64,000 nt of DNA from Sphaerodactylus townsendi. Its lineage: Eukaryota. The notes under the pieces were generated by a model. It was not told where the DNA came from, did no database searches, and saw nothing but the letters and a program-made list of their open reading frames with translations. Positions 24,675-36,923 of this stretch are shown piece after piece. The DNA lies in contig NC_059433.1 of the NCBI RefSeq assembly GCF_021028975.2, forward strand, positions 29,264,001 through 29,328,000, read 5' to 3'. A program made the translations under genes and the position numbers. How positions within the stretch are numbered: position 1 is the stretch's first letter; each line of letters starts with the position of its first letter.

Positions 24675-26529
24675 GACCCAGGCGTTTCAGATGTCTATGC
24701 ACAATTTGGTAAGAATCACATCTGTACCAGAAAGAGCAATTTCAGTTGGAGGTCGTGTAAAAATTGAGCAGACAGTAAAAATCAAATAACAATAAAAAAG
24801 AGAATGCAACCAAAATAAAGGCAAAATCTGCACTTTATATTTGAAAAATCTTTCTTTAGAAGAGCGTCAGCAAAATAAATGCCAAAATGAATAAAAGATA
24901 CATAATGTTTGTTGCTTTAAATAAACAGAGGTCTTACACTTCGTAACTGGTCCTCCTGAAAGCTGCCTATCAGTTCCAGCAGGGCAGTGAATTGAACTAA
25001 GAGAAATCTGCCCATTGAACGTAGGCAGATGAAACACAAGGTATCAGTTTTCTTTATTAAAAAAATGCTCTGCAGGGCAAACTAAAAATAATAGGTGGAG
25101 TCATGTCCTATAATCACATTTCCAGTTTGACAGGTCCCTTAGCTGGCTTGACTCTGGCTAAATATAAATCCTCTCTTAACTAAGCATTTGGCACATCTTC
25201 TCCCAAGTGCAGCGTCAGTTCAGTTCAGTGCAACTGAAGATATTCATGATAGGATGATCAGTTAATCATTATGCATTCAGAAACTGCCTTTCCAACAAAA
25301 CAAGACTGGGTAAAAGTCAATCTAGATTATTTTGAACAGGTGGCATTTTTGCACCATTGCTGCACCATAAAGTGGTGGATGCATGATTTTTGTGATGGTC
25401 CCTACAGACTAAGGCACAATCTATGTGTTTTTTTCACTGTAAAAGTCATAAAAATTCATGAGGATTGATGCCTCGAATCTATGAAGCGCCGTCAAGTGTT
25501 AGATCCATTTTTAATTATCCTGTTTGATACTGGATTTGGTGGAGTTTTAATTATTCTGTTTGATACTGGACATGTTTGATACTGGATTTGGTGGAGTTCT
25601 GTTCAAAAAAGTAAAAGATCCACAAGGATCCAAATTTTACTTTTTTCTGATTAAATTATATATAGGAGGAGCGTAGCTAATCAGATCGGGGTAGGTGGAC
25701 TAGAGTGGTTAGTGGTGGATGTGGGGTTAGCATGTCCTCTCAGTCAGATACACTAACCACAAGCGAGCCAGGATCAACCTAATCTACCTCCCAGGGTTGC
25801 TGTCAAGACAAAATAGAATGATTTTGTAATCCCTACCTAGTCCCTCAGGTTTTTTTAAAAAAGATGAACAATATGTAAATATGACTAACAAGTGCCCACT
25901 GGTCCCTAAAGTGTTATAGAGGGAGACAAGATGTGTTTGCTGTGACTGCTTCTTCCCACAACAGATGTGTTTGTGAGCATCTTTTTTTTTTTGAAGCATT
26001 GTGGGGGCCTGTCGTTTTGGGCTGGTTTATGGGGCTCAGAATGGAAAAGACTGAGAGGTTTAAACAGATATCATCTTTTTTGTTAGGGCTGTGAAGTGCG
26101 GCTGCTGCTTCAGTTACCTGCCTGCCACAGCTTGGAGGATGGACAGAACTAACCAAAATCAATATTGGTGTCATAGAAGGGTTGTCAAAGACTTGAATTA
26201 ACAAAGACAATTTTATTGTATCCCTTTGCTTGAGCAGTGAACAAGCTCCCTTTCCGCCTCTTTCATTTTGAATGACTCCAAAACCTAGAATGAAATCTCT
26301 GTTATACATGCTAGGACCAACAAAATGGCACATAAATTGTTCCAACTTTCAAGTTCACAAAGGCTATTATCAAAAAAGGTTATCTCAAAAAAATTTTTTA
26401 GAAAAAGGATTTTTTCCCCAGATGTGATAGCAAGACCCTATAATAGTGACACAGCTGCCAATATCTTACCATAGGTATCATTATCATAGATATTGGCAGC
26501 TGTGTGTCATCCCTCCCGGGGGTGGAGGG

Positions 26530-27320
26530 GTTTTTAGCGCATGCGTGCTATTTCTTTGACATTTATTCCTTCACCGAGAATGCGAAGTTAGATATTCAAG
26601 GGCTTCCCGTTCCATACAGGCCAGGTTGTAGAGCGCGGAGGCAGAGATGATCGATATTGAAATCAGACGAGAGTAATCAACTACCGCCTGTAGTACGCTC
26701 TCTGGTTCCAGAGAGATTCCACTAAAAGACAGATTACTATAGCAGGAAGAAACGTCACGAATAAACCATTGAGAGGGGAACGACGACAAAATGTCTAGTG
26801 ACTAACTTTTTAAACGTCATGCATTTTGAGCACAGCTAAAAGCCCATCGAGGGCCAGACCACCACCCAACTCCCCCTTGGTTTTCCCTCGAATGAACCAG
26901 TCCCGATCGCAGGAAACAAGCGCGAGCTACCTTTCGCTTTTCTCTATGAATCTGGAACCTTCCGGAAATGTCATGTTCAACGCCCGCCAAACGAGCGTCA
27001 CTTCCTTCTATGACGTTACTACGCGCCACAACGGTGTGTTTTTAACTCGTCTCCTGCCGTCGTTTTATTTTTGCTTAAGTCGCCAGAGGCCATGTGGCCG
27101 GGATTCTGAGTACTGTTGTAAAGTATTTCGGTTTGCCTTCTGTAGATGGTTGAGACGTTATCGGAGAAGGAAGAGGAGGAGAAGAAAATTCTGGAAACTG
27201 TTTCTGGCTTGAACAGGTAAAATACAGCCAGGCTATGTCGAGGTAGGGGAGTAGCGGGAGGAAAATGTGGTCCCTTGTAAAAAGCAGATAGTCGGAGGCC
27301 GAGCGAGTAGGAAGGTCTGT
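26530..27320. promoter_or_regulatory. CpG-rich bidirectional promoter (dehydrogenase A on minus, TXNL4A on plus)
   Basis: Local CpG enrichment between divergent genes. Motifs: NRF1-like GCGCATGCG (~26537), ETS-like TTCCGGAAAT (~26960), E2F-like CCCGCCAA (~26983). A plus-strand donor CAG|GTAAAA at 27216/27217 fits a non-coding TXNL4A exon. Confidence 0.7.
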
Positions 27321-27524
27321 GTTGGTTTGGGTCAACGCTTTGGTCTTGCCACTTGAACATACTTGCGCAGATTGCGCTGTGTCGTCAGTTTTGCACCCCT
27401 GAGAAAAGCGGGCTGTAAATATAGTAAATAATAACACACCTGTAAATGAAAGGATGAGATGGTAAAGGAACATGCGTAGAAATGTTGTAGTGTCAGTAAA
27501 TAATCCCCATATTAGAAGAACAAC

Positions 27525-27720
27525 AACAAGAAGAGGAGTTTGGATTTATATCCCACCTTTCTCTCGTAAGGAGGCTCAAGGTGGCTTACAAGCTCCTTTC
27601 CCTTCCTCTCTCCACAACAGACACCTTGTGAGGTAGGTGGGGCTGAGAGAGTTCCAAAGAACTGTGACTAGCCAAGGCCACCCAGCAAGAATGCAGCAGT
27701 GCGGAAACACATCTGGTTCT
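27525..27720 (-). mobile_element. tRNA-derived SINE, 3' part, same family as 13718-14020
   Basis: GAGGAGTTTGGATTTATATCCCACC...CACCTTGTGAGGTAGGTGGGGCTGAGAGAG. Confidence 0.75.
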
Positions 27721-28156
27721 AGAGTGTGAAATATTATGACCATCCCTGGTTATAACTGATGTTTGGTCAAGTTGATGTCATTCAAGGGCTACTTGTGATG
27801 GCTTTCTTGTATTTCCATCAGTGAGCTCCTGTTGTTATGTGTTCAAACTGTGCACCCCCCTTCCTGTTTTACTCTCCCCGCTCTTGTTCTGGTGATTAGA
27901 AAATGGGGACCTTATATGCTGTATGATATTTATTGCCATCTGGGAAGAAATTTAGATTTTTATATTTTAACTGTATTTTAATGTCTATGCCTTATGCCAT
28001 GTTTTATTGTTTGTAAGTCACCCTGAGTCTGGCTATAGCCAGGGATGGGTGGGAAAAATGGAATGAAATCTTTCCCTGGTTTTTTAGTAAGAATTATCCA
28101 GATTATGAATTCTTGCATACTTCTCTTCCTTTATAGGTCTTACACAAGTTTTGAAA

Positions 28157-31100
28157 ATGTCATATATGCTTCCTCATTTACATAATGGCTGGCAAGTAGA
28201 CCAGGCCATTCTTTCAGAAGAAGACCGTGTGGTGGTCAATCGCTTTGGGCATGACTGGGATCCTACATGTATGAAAATGGATGAAGTTTTATATAGTATT
28301 GCTGAAAAGGTACATTGTTCTATTGATATTGAAGGGTAAACTTATAATGTTGTTTGGATCACATACATTAAAATATTCTAAACCTAGCTTACAAACATTA
28401 AGGTAAGTTTCACTTGTTAGTTATTCTGTGTGTATTAATAAGAAGATGTTACTGATTTGTATACAAGAAACTTTTACTTTGGAGATTTTTGAGATAAAAG
28501 CTGGACTATGTTTCATAATGATATACTTTCTTTATGTCCTTAAAGACTTCCAGAAATACCAGTCAATTCAGTTTCAGCTTATTTGGCCATTGGTCATAGT
28601 GGTCTATGTAGAGGAAATTATGCAATTTCTTAATGAATAAACAATAGATTGTGTATCCAAAGTATGGGGTTTAATCAAGTTTGCATAGAGGTTTACCATA
28701 ACAGAAGCCAGAAAATATATTTTGAGCATATTGGCAAAAAGGAAGTCTAAGGTTTGTAGATTTATTAGTATCCATGATTTAAATTAATCCTATACATGGA
28801 GATAAAGTGCAAAAGCACAAATAGCATAACTCTGACTCTGATTCTGCTGACCCAAAACTACATTATTCAGAACATTACTACTCTCCAGTACAAAAGGGAC
28901 CATTAACTGAAATCTGAGCTTAGTTAAGGCTTGCCTCAAGAATAATGCATCCATTTCTTCTGATCAAGTACTCTAACTTATGTTTGTGTCTTTTTTTTTA
29001 GTATGCAAGAATCAATCTCTGTTGTGGCTGAACAGAGGTTAAAAACTTTCCTAACCGATGAAAATGAATGTACTAATAGAGATTATATTAGGAAGCATAT
29101 AAAACAAGACAAATTCAAGATATTCCCTTTGTATCACATTGGAATCTAATTGATAGCTTTTAAATTTGTGTAGTTGTAGTTGCTTTTATTGATCCATTGT
29201 TTTAGCAATTTCTAAATACTTCTGGGCCTGTCCATGACAGGGCTTTACTAAGACATGGACAAGTGTGACAAGACGATCTCTTTAGAAACTATATGTTAAA
29301 GTCTGAAATGGCTTCTTGATGTTGCCTTTTTGAGGTGTACAAGAGAATCTGATAAATTAGATTTTGAACACATTCAGATAATACACTTGAAGTATAATAG
29401 CTATTAAGCATTCTGACACTGCAAAATACCACCTTATCACTTTGTGTAAGATGTAGGGAAATTCTTAACCATTGCGCCTGTAACTTTGTCCTTTCCAGTG
29501 AAAGGACAAAGCATTCTTGAAAATTCTGTTGTAGGCAATTGGCAGATATATTGGCACATTACATGAGGGAAAAAGAGCAATATAATTTTGTATTTAAACA
29601 TCTCCCTCTGCAGAAATAGCAGATTAAAGAGGTTGATCGTTCATCATCCTCTTGCTTATGAATCCAGTTGGGATATCGCTGCCATATAAAGAGTGAGTAA
29701 ACAATTCCCACTGTACCATGCTTTCATAGTTGAATGTCATACAAATCTGTTGTTATGCTGCTGTTGGAAAACATTCTGTTGGCCTGAAACATCAAAGTTA
29801 CCAGTTTCCATACTGGTAATGTTTCCCCTGTAAAAGCTAAAGGATAGTTAGGGTGTGTTTTCATGTTGTACTGATTCACTTATATTTATATATTCTGCTG
29901 GTGAAGTGTGGCCCCATCTGAGGATACTTAAATTCATTAGAATGGTGAGTGGTTGAGATGGCTTTTCCAACAAACCTGACAAATATTTGCAGCTTTAATA
30001 AAAATATTACCTCAATGGGTATTTCTAGGCAACCACAGCAGTTTGGCCAACATTCCATCCTTGGTTCTGTCAGTAAAAGGTGTGTGTGTGTATTGGGGGG
30101 GGGGGGCAGTTTAAGGGACCGTTTTGACCTTTGAGGGAGGAGTTATTGGGCCAGACATGGTACCAACCATCAGGCAACCTGATACCTATAGATGGCTTTT
30201 AAAAATCTTAAGGACTACATTGCTCAGTACACATTGCAGTATATTCAAAATCTAATACTTATAAATGCATTTAGTTTGATAGACTAATAGCACAGTCCAG
30301 ATCCTTGGACTGTGCTGTGGCAGCTGGAGACAGTGCCACACCACCTCCGAAGGGCTTTCTGGCAGCGCGGAGAAGGAGAACAACAGAAACCCCCGCTCTA
30401 CCTCTAGAAAGCATTCCAGTGGGCCTAATGGACTTATGCCACCCAAGAGGGTGACATATGTCCAGGGGCCATGGCACAAATGCTGCAAACTCGGCTCCAC
30501 ACCCAGGAACACTCCAAACTCCTTCCCACCCATGCTGGCTCTGCAGCGGCCTGGACTTTCAGGTTCGCCAGCTGAGGGGCAGTTGGTTGCTGGCACGTTT
30601 GCTCCCTGCATCAGCTCCCTTACACAGCAGAGGGGAGGCAAACACATCAGCGTGGGTCTCCGCCAATCCCTGTAAGTGTTCCCCCCCCATCTAGATGGGG
30701 CTGCCCAGGTATATTTTAGTGCAGGCATTGACAGATTTTCCTTGGCCTTATAAGCCACCCCAACAATTTAGGAGCCAGACTTCTTTTTCAGCCTTCAGGG
30801 TTATATATTTTAATAACATTTTCTAATTCAGGATTTTATATTTAATAACATACTTTCTAACATACTTTCTAATTATTGCCATCACAAAACCTAATTCTAA
30901 ACTCTGTAGCTTTTTGTCATTTTCATCATAACAAAAACTGAACATCTAACCCTCCCTGAGAGGCACTTAAAATAAATCACTTCTAAAAACACTGAGGAAC
31001 CACAATGAAATTTCTAGGCACCATATCACACTGTTGCCTGGGATTTGTCAAGCCCTGTTTTAGTGTAATGTTTGTCCAGTCATTAGTTTCTTAAGTAATT

Positions 31101-34100
31101 AGCCAGACTAATACAATAATACGTTGCAGGGTATTTTCTAAGAAATGTTTACATTCTGTGACTACCACATTAAGATTGGACTTTTGAAACTGTAATGGTG
31201 AGAAATTACTTGTCCAATATATTTAATTCTATATCTTGCTCTTCTTCCCTTTCTCCAAATGTGCATATATAATCAGTGATTAGTTATATGCTATTGTAAA
31301 ATATAGAGCAGTGTAATATTTGGCATTCATTGGTAGGACTGATCATTGCTGTTGTAATATGATCTGTTGCATTATACATATGATATAAACCAGTTCAAGA
31401 TACTGTCATCTCAGCAGAACAAGCAGTCTAGCAGAAAGACTTGGCAATCATGCTGTTGCAGAGCTGTGCAAAGCTGCAGCGTCATGCAGAAAAGGACAGC
31501 ATAAAAGATTAACAGATGACTTACCGAACTGGTTGCAGCTGCCTTTAATTGTCCAGTTTGAAGCCTTTAGCAGGGATAGCTGGGCCTGATGTCAACATAG
31601 AGAGGAAAGGTGTCTAATTTGGTAGAACTTTGACACCTTTAGACTGCTTGAGAAGGGTTGCATGGGGTTGAAAGCTGAATGCTGATAACTACTGGGAGAC
31701 ATAGAAATGACTTTTTTATTGGTTCATTGTTTGAAATTGGCATGCTGAATAAAGTTTTATTTTGGATGTCTAGAACATGGACCTTTGTTAATATATCACT
31801 AGCCTGGTTTTGGAAGTTAAATTCTGTTTATATTTCTTTGCAAGATTGCAATGCTGCCCATGAATGCTTACTTAGCATACCCTGCTCTAAATGTAGCATT
31901 TTTCTCGACAGGTGAAAAATTTTGCTGTTATCTATCTTGTGGATATCACAGAAGTACCAGATTTCAACAAGATGTATGAACTGTATGATCCCTGTACAGT
32001 CATGTTTTTCTTCAGGTATATTTCATTCTAATATTTCACTGTACAATATATGTTCTTCAATGATAAATTGTGCATAGACTATTACACAATAACATCTCTC
32101 CTATTGTACTATACTATATTCAACCATAATCAGAATCGGATTCTGTAATGCCAGCCATTCTGTTGAGAAGCTGCAGTCTTTAAGGGTTACCCTGTGGGTC
32201 ATTTGTGACATTACAGTTGGTCATTTGTGGCATTATAATTCGCATTTCTAGCTCAGGAGTTGATGTACGAGTGAGGAAAATCCAGTGAGCCTGCTGAATT
32301 GAGCTACTGGGCATCTGGATCCATTCAGTTGATGTAAGCTACAGCAGTGCTTACATTTATTTTATAACCTTTAATGGCATAGGAGCTGAGCTACATCTGA
32401 AGCTGCTGTGGGAGGCAAAACCACAGTTGGCAGTGCCTTACTTACCAGGATACTGTCAGAACTCCCCTGAATAGACAGTGAAACACTTGAAAGTTCAAAG
32501 GTTTTATTGCTTAAGACAGGTAGAAAGCAGAAGTCTGGATAATATGTTGCAAAGGTTCCCCCCCTCCCCCCTATGTGAATCAAGACAGTACAGTGTTAAC
32601 TTGACTATTTCTCTCAGCCTTCAAGGCCAGGTCCTGCCAAGATAAGGCACCTGCAGGAAAATAGCATTACAGCAGAAAGCCCCAGCAACAACCCAACCCC
32701 CATGAATCAGAGCCTGACAGATACTTCCAGTGTTTTTCTTGTTATTTTTGTGCTACCTTCTTTTGCTCCTGTGGGTCAAAATAGCCATAAAAGGTACTAT
32801 AATGGAGAGTTCAGGAGGAATCATGCCTCTTTCTATATGTAAAGTCTCTTGTTAGATACAGCTGTTGTCTGAGCAGGAACCAGAGACAATACAGTGGTCC
32901 TGGGGACGGGCTGTCTCTTCATTCAAACATTCGGATCATTACATATGATCTTACGAGCCACTACCTCGCAGCTGTAGCTCCTACAATAGTTTGTTGAGCT
33001 ATCAAAATTGCTACAGTAGCAATAAATTCATGTCTATTAAAGGCCTTTTCTTACTTCGGAGAGGTTGCTTTATCCAGGCTTAAGAACTTTTAGATTAAAT
33101 GTTGTGCATAAGAAATTTGAAATGGCAAAATTTGCTAGTTATTTTTGTATGTTTTATATTTGGGTGTGGAATTATACGAAGAAATATTAGAACTGCTTTC
33201 TGAATTATATTTGAATTACTATTAGCTGTATATTTGGGGTGATCTTAATTGTTTGAAACGAGAAGGGTGATTAAAATCAACCCCAAGACTATAATTCTAA
33301 CTCAAGCCCTAATCTAAAACTGAAGCATCAAAGATAAACTGCATAACAATTGTGTTCAACCTGTACAAACATAAACGGGAAGGGACATGCACATAAATAT
33401 TTATTTTATTTATTACATTTATATCCTGCCCATCCCTGGCCCTGTCCAGGCTTTGGGCGGTTTACAAACAATAAAAACACCACATGGGTGTAAACATTAA
33501 AATACTACCGTGTTTCCCCGAATATAAGACAGTGTCTTATATTAATTTTTGCTCCCAAAGATGTGCTATGTCTTATTTTCAGGGGATGTCTTATTTTTCT
33601 TGTGTTCTGTTCGTCGGGCATGCTTCCAAACAAAAACTTTGCTATGTCTTACTTTTGGGGGATGCCTTATATTTCGCACTTCAGCAAAACCTCTACTACA
33701 GTGGTGGTGAACCTTTGGCACTCCAGATGTTATGGACTACAATTCCCATCAGCCCCTGCCAGCATGGACAATTGGCCATGTAATATGCAACCAATTGGCC
33801 ATGCTGGCAGGGGCTGATGGGAATTGTAGTCCATAACATCTGGAGTACCAAAGGTTCGCCACCATGGCTCTACTATGTCTTATTTTTCGGGGATGTCTTA
33901 TATTAGGGGAAACAGGGTATTAAAACATGAAGATCTAAGTTACTTACCTGATGGTAATAAACATATCAATTCAACCTGTGAAATCCTCATTTTCAAATCA
34001 CCTGATGATGAGTGGGGAGAATATGATGTAAACAGGAAGGGGGGGCGCATAGTTTGAATACATAACGAAGGTGCTCGCTGGTATTAAACTCAGTAGTCCA

Positions 34101-34356
34101 GTTTTGTTTACATAAAAAATGTAATAACGTAAGAAAGAAGTAGATCATTCCTTGACTTATTTTCCCTCTTTTTTTCCCTTTAAGAAACAAACACATAATG
34201 ATTGACTTAGGTACAGGCAACAACAACAAAATTAACTGGGCGATGGAAGACAAACAAGAGATGATTGACATCATAGAAACAGTTTATCGAGGTGCTCGTA
34301 AAGGGAGAGGTCTTGTTGTATCTCCCAAAGACTACTCAACCAAATATAGATATTAA
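28157..34356 (+). CDS. TXNL4A: Thioredoxin-like protein 4A (Dim1/U5-15K), 142 aa
   Basis: join(28157..28309, 31912..32015, 34185..34356) = 429 nt: MSYMLPHLHNGWQVDQAILSEEDRVVV..., VKNFAVIYLVDITEVPDFNKMYELYDPCTVMFFF, RNKHIMIDLGTGNNNKINW...DYSTKYRY*. There is a 5'UTR acceptor at 28137 and AATAAA at 34370. Confidence 0.98.
33508..33917. mobile_element. Tc1/mariner-superfamily (Tc2/pogo-like) MITE, interrupted by a hAT MITE
   Basis: TA|CCGTGTTTCCCCGAATATAAGAC...GTCTTATATTAGGGGAAACAGGG|TA. Confidence 0.8.
33699..33867. mobile_element. Palindromic hAT MITE nested in the Tc2-like MITE
   Basis: Near-perfect hairpin; 8-bp TSD CTCTACTA (33691-33698, 33868-33875). Confidence 0.9.
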
Positions 34357-36923
34357 TGCTTTGGAGCGAAATAAAATCAACGTTTGTATATAATGTCTTT
34401 GTTGATGTTGTTTCATTGTGAATATATTGAACTTTCATAAATATTTTCATAGCGCTTCAAAAATGAAGTGCCATGTTCACGTTTTTACACAGAAAGAGTT
34501 CTATATCTCATTTTCTACCTAGACTATTACAGATAATTTTGTTCACTGCAGATAAGCATGAACAATGGTGAGCTGAAACATAACAATAGCATGTTAGACT
34601 TGAATATTTTTTTAAATTCATGTATCAGAGAAGTGCAATCTTTCTAGAAACCCAGGAAGACACCCAGGTTTATGGAAAAATTCTAAGTTAGGAACAAAAG
34701 TCTGTGTTAAATATGAGAAGAAATGGGGTAGTGGAAGGGAGATGCTGATTGGACTGTAAGGCAAAGGCCATGTTAAGATATACCTGTCTGTGGTGTGTAC
34801 ATTGAGGAGGGGTGGGGAGAAATTAAAAGAAACAGAAAGGAGGACGTTTAAGGACTGCGGGAATGGAAGCAGTGTAGGGTAACTGGAATACTTTGCCTGT
34901 CTTGCTGTCAGATCTAATATGGAAGCATTGATTAAGATTGGCAGATGATTGGTTAGAAGCCATTTTCAGACGTCCGAGGGATCAAGGAACCATTCTTACT
35001 GTTCTTAGTTCCTCTTGGGGTGAATGAGATAAATTCAGTGTTGGCTACATCTTGGACTTCCTTTTGGCAGAGGCATTCCAGGGCCAAATGGTGCCCGGAG
35101 ACAAAAACCCCTCCGGGCACCCCCCGCATGTAGAGCCCCACTTACTTGTGAGTTGGGCTCCAGTCCCCTCGCTGCCTAGAAGCCGGGGCGCGAGTTTCCC
35201 TCGCACCCAGCTTCTGAGGAGCTGAGCAGCCCCTCTTCTTTGCCTAGAAGCTGGGGACCGAGTTTCCCACACGCCCCGGCTTCTGGGCAGGGAGGAGGAG
35301 CAGTGGCAGGGGCTCCCAGCCCTGGCCTCCCCAGCCAGGGAAGGCAGAACTGGGGGACCTGGCAGCCTGCTCAGCTTTGTGCCTCCAGCCAGAGGCAAGA
35401 AGCTGAGCTGGCTGCCGGGGCTCCCAGTCCTTCCCTCCGCAGCTGAGGAAGGCAGGACTGAGAGCTCTGTTCATGGCTCCATCTGGTCACATGCCCCCCA
35501 CATGACCAAAAGCCGTGCACCCAGATACATGGGGCACCCCATGTCCCAAGGGCTATATGCCACTGCCTTTTGGCATTAGTCTAGACTTTGGGGCCCTGCT
35601 AGTCATTGAAAGGCTGTAGAATAGATCCTAATTGGTGTAGCACAATCAGCATATCCCAACTGCTTTACACTGACAGTTTTAGCCTCTAATAGGGGTTCAT
35701 GAAAAGTGTACCTGGATAGATGTTGAGGAGGGTGAAAAGTTCTGGGAAAAGTCTGGAGGCTGTATGCAGGGTATTGACCCATATCTCTGGTTCCAGGAGG
35801 TGTGCTTATAGTTGCGGTAAGTGGGGGCCATCTGGGTCCCCTAACATTCTGTACAGGGGAACATGCCTTTTGCTCTTCCATGGTGCCTCAGTGTTTAATA
35901 TACAGGGTCTCTCCTGGGCATTTTGCACAATCAGGAGTTAACTCAGTCTTTTCCCAGATTCTCTGAGTTTACTCTCAGCAGAACTGATGCTGTGTTTGAA
36001 ACAGGCTATGGAACGAATCAAGGTGAGACAGGTGCAGTGTGCACTGCAACTGCGGCATGAAATATGCAAGGTAGCACTGTTCCTGAATTCAATGCAATGT
36101 GGAGGAGAAACAGTACATTAATCCTAGATACCAGCAGATTCCACCATGATCTTGATGGGGACTGTGAGAAAGATTGCAAAATTATTCAGTTAACTGTTCC
36201 TCAATAAGTTTAGTTGTCACACTGGCTTCAGTAAAACTTAATACCAAATCAAAATGTTTAGGAGTGCTGAGTTTAAAATGCTTTGATCCCTTCACACCAT
36301 CATGTTTTTCATGTCATATCTCTGTTATCCCCTATCAGGGATATTTGACAGCTGGGGTGTTTCTTGTTGGGCTTCCTGCACCACGGAGAAGCCCCTTGGA
36401 GAGGCTGAGGTGGTACCGGAGCTGCACTGTCCCTGCCTGCCCAATCTGGATTAGGCTGTTAGCTCTAGTTAAAAGGACTGGGTACTCAGTGATGCAAAAG
36501 ACTGAAATCGCAGAAAGCTGTCAATCAGCATAGACTGCACTGAGCTTGATAAATCAATGGTCTGCCTTGATATAAGGCAGCTTTATGTGCTCAACATGTT
36601 CATGGATACAGTACTAATAAAAATGACAAATGGAAAAAAAAAGATTGCAAGTTTATTCATACTATAATAGTTGTGAACTAAAACCTAGTTTTAAATCTTG
36701 TGCAAACATGCAGGATAGGAACTTTTTCTTAATGCCGGAACAAACTCTGGACATCTTCATAGTTCTTTCTACTTTTGCGTAAGAAGGTAGCTTATTCATC
36801 CATTCGTGGTAGATTGTTTTATACAAATAAATTCAAATGTTTTGAATTCTGTATAATTGTAGGTCCCACTTTCAGTCGTCACATTTGAACAATATACGAT
36901 TGTCATTCACCATCCTGATGTCT

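Noticed and set aside
25515-25600. Repeated TGTTTGATACTGGA units resembling a repeat-spacer array
   Set aside because: A short local tandem duplication in a eukaryotic intron, with no unique regular spacers. Not CRISPR.
24399-26789. RBFA, expected near TXNL4A from human synteny
   Set aside because: No RBFA-like coding sequence was recognised. It probably lies left of the window.
32016-34184. TXNL4A intron 2 as a U12 intron (branch-like TTCCTTGAC at 34148-34156)
   Set aside because: The 5' site GTATATTT lacks the GTATCCTT consensus, and a long polypyrimidine tract follows the branch. It is best read as U2-type.
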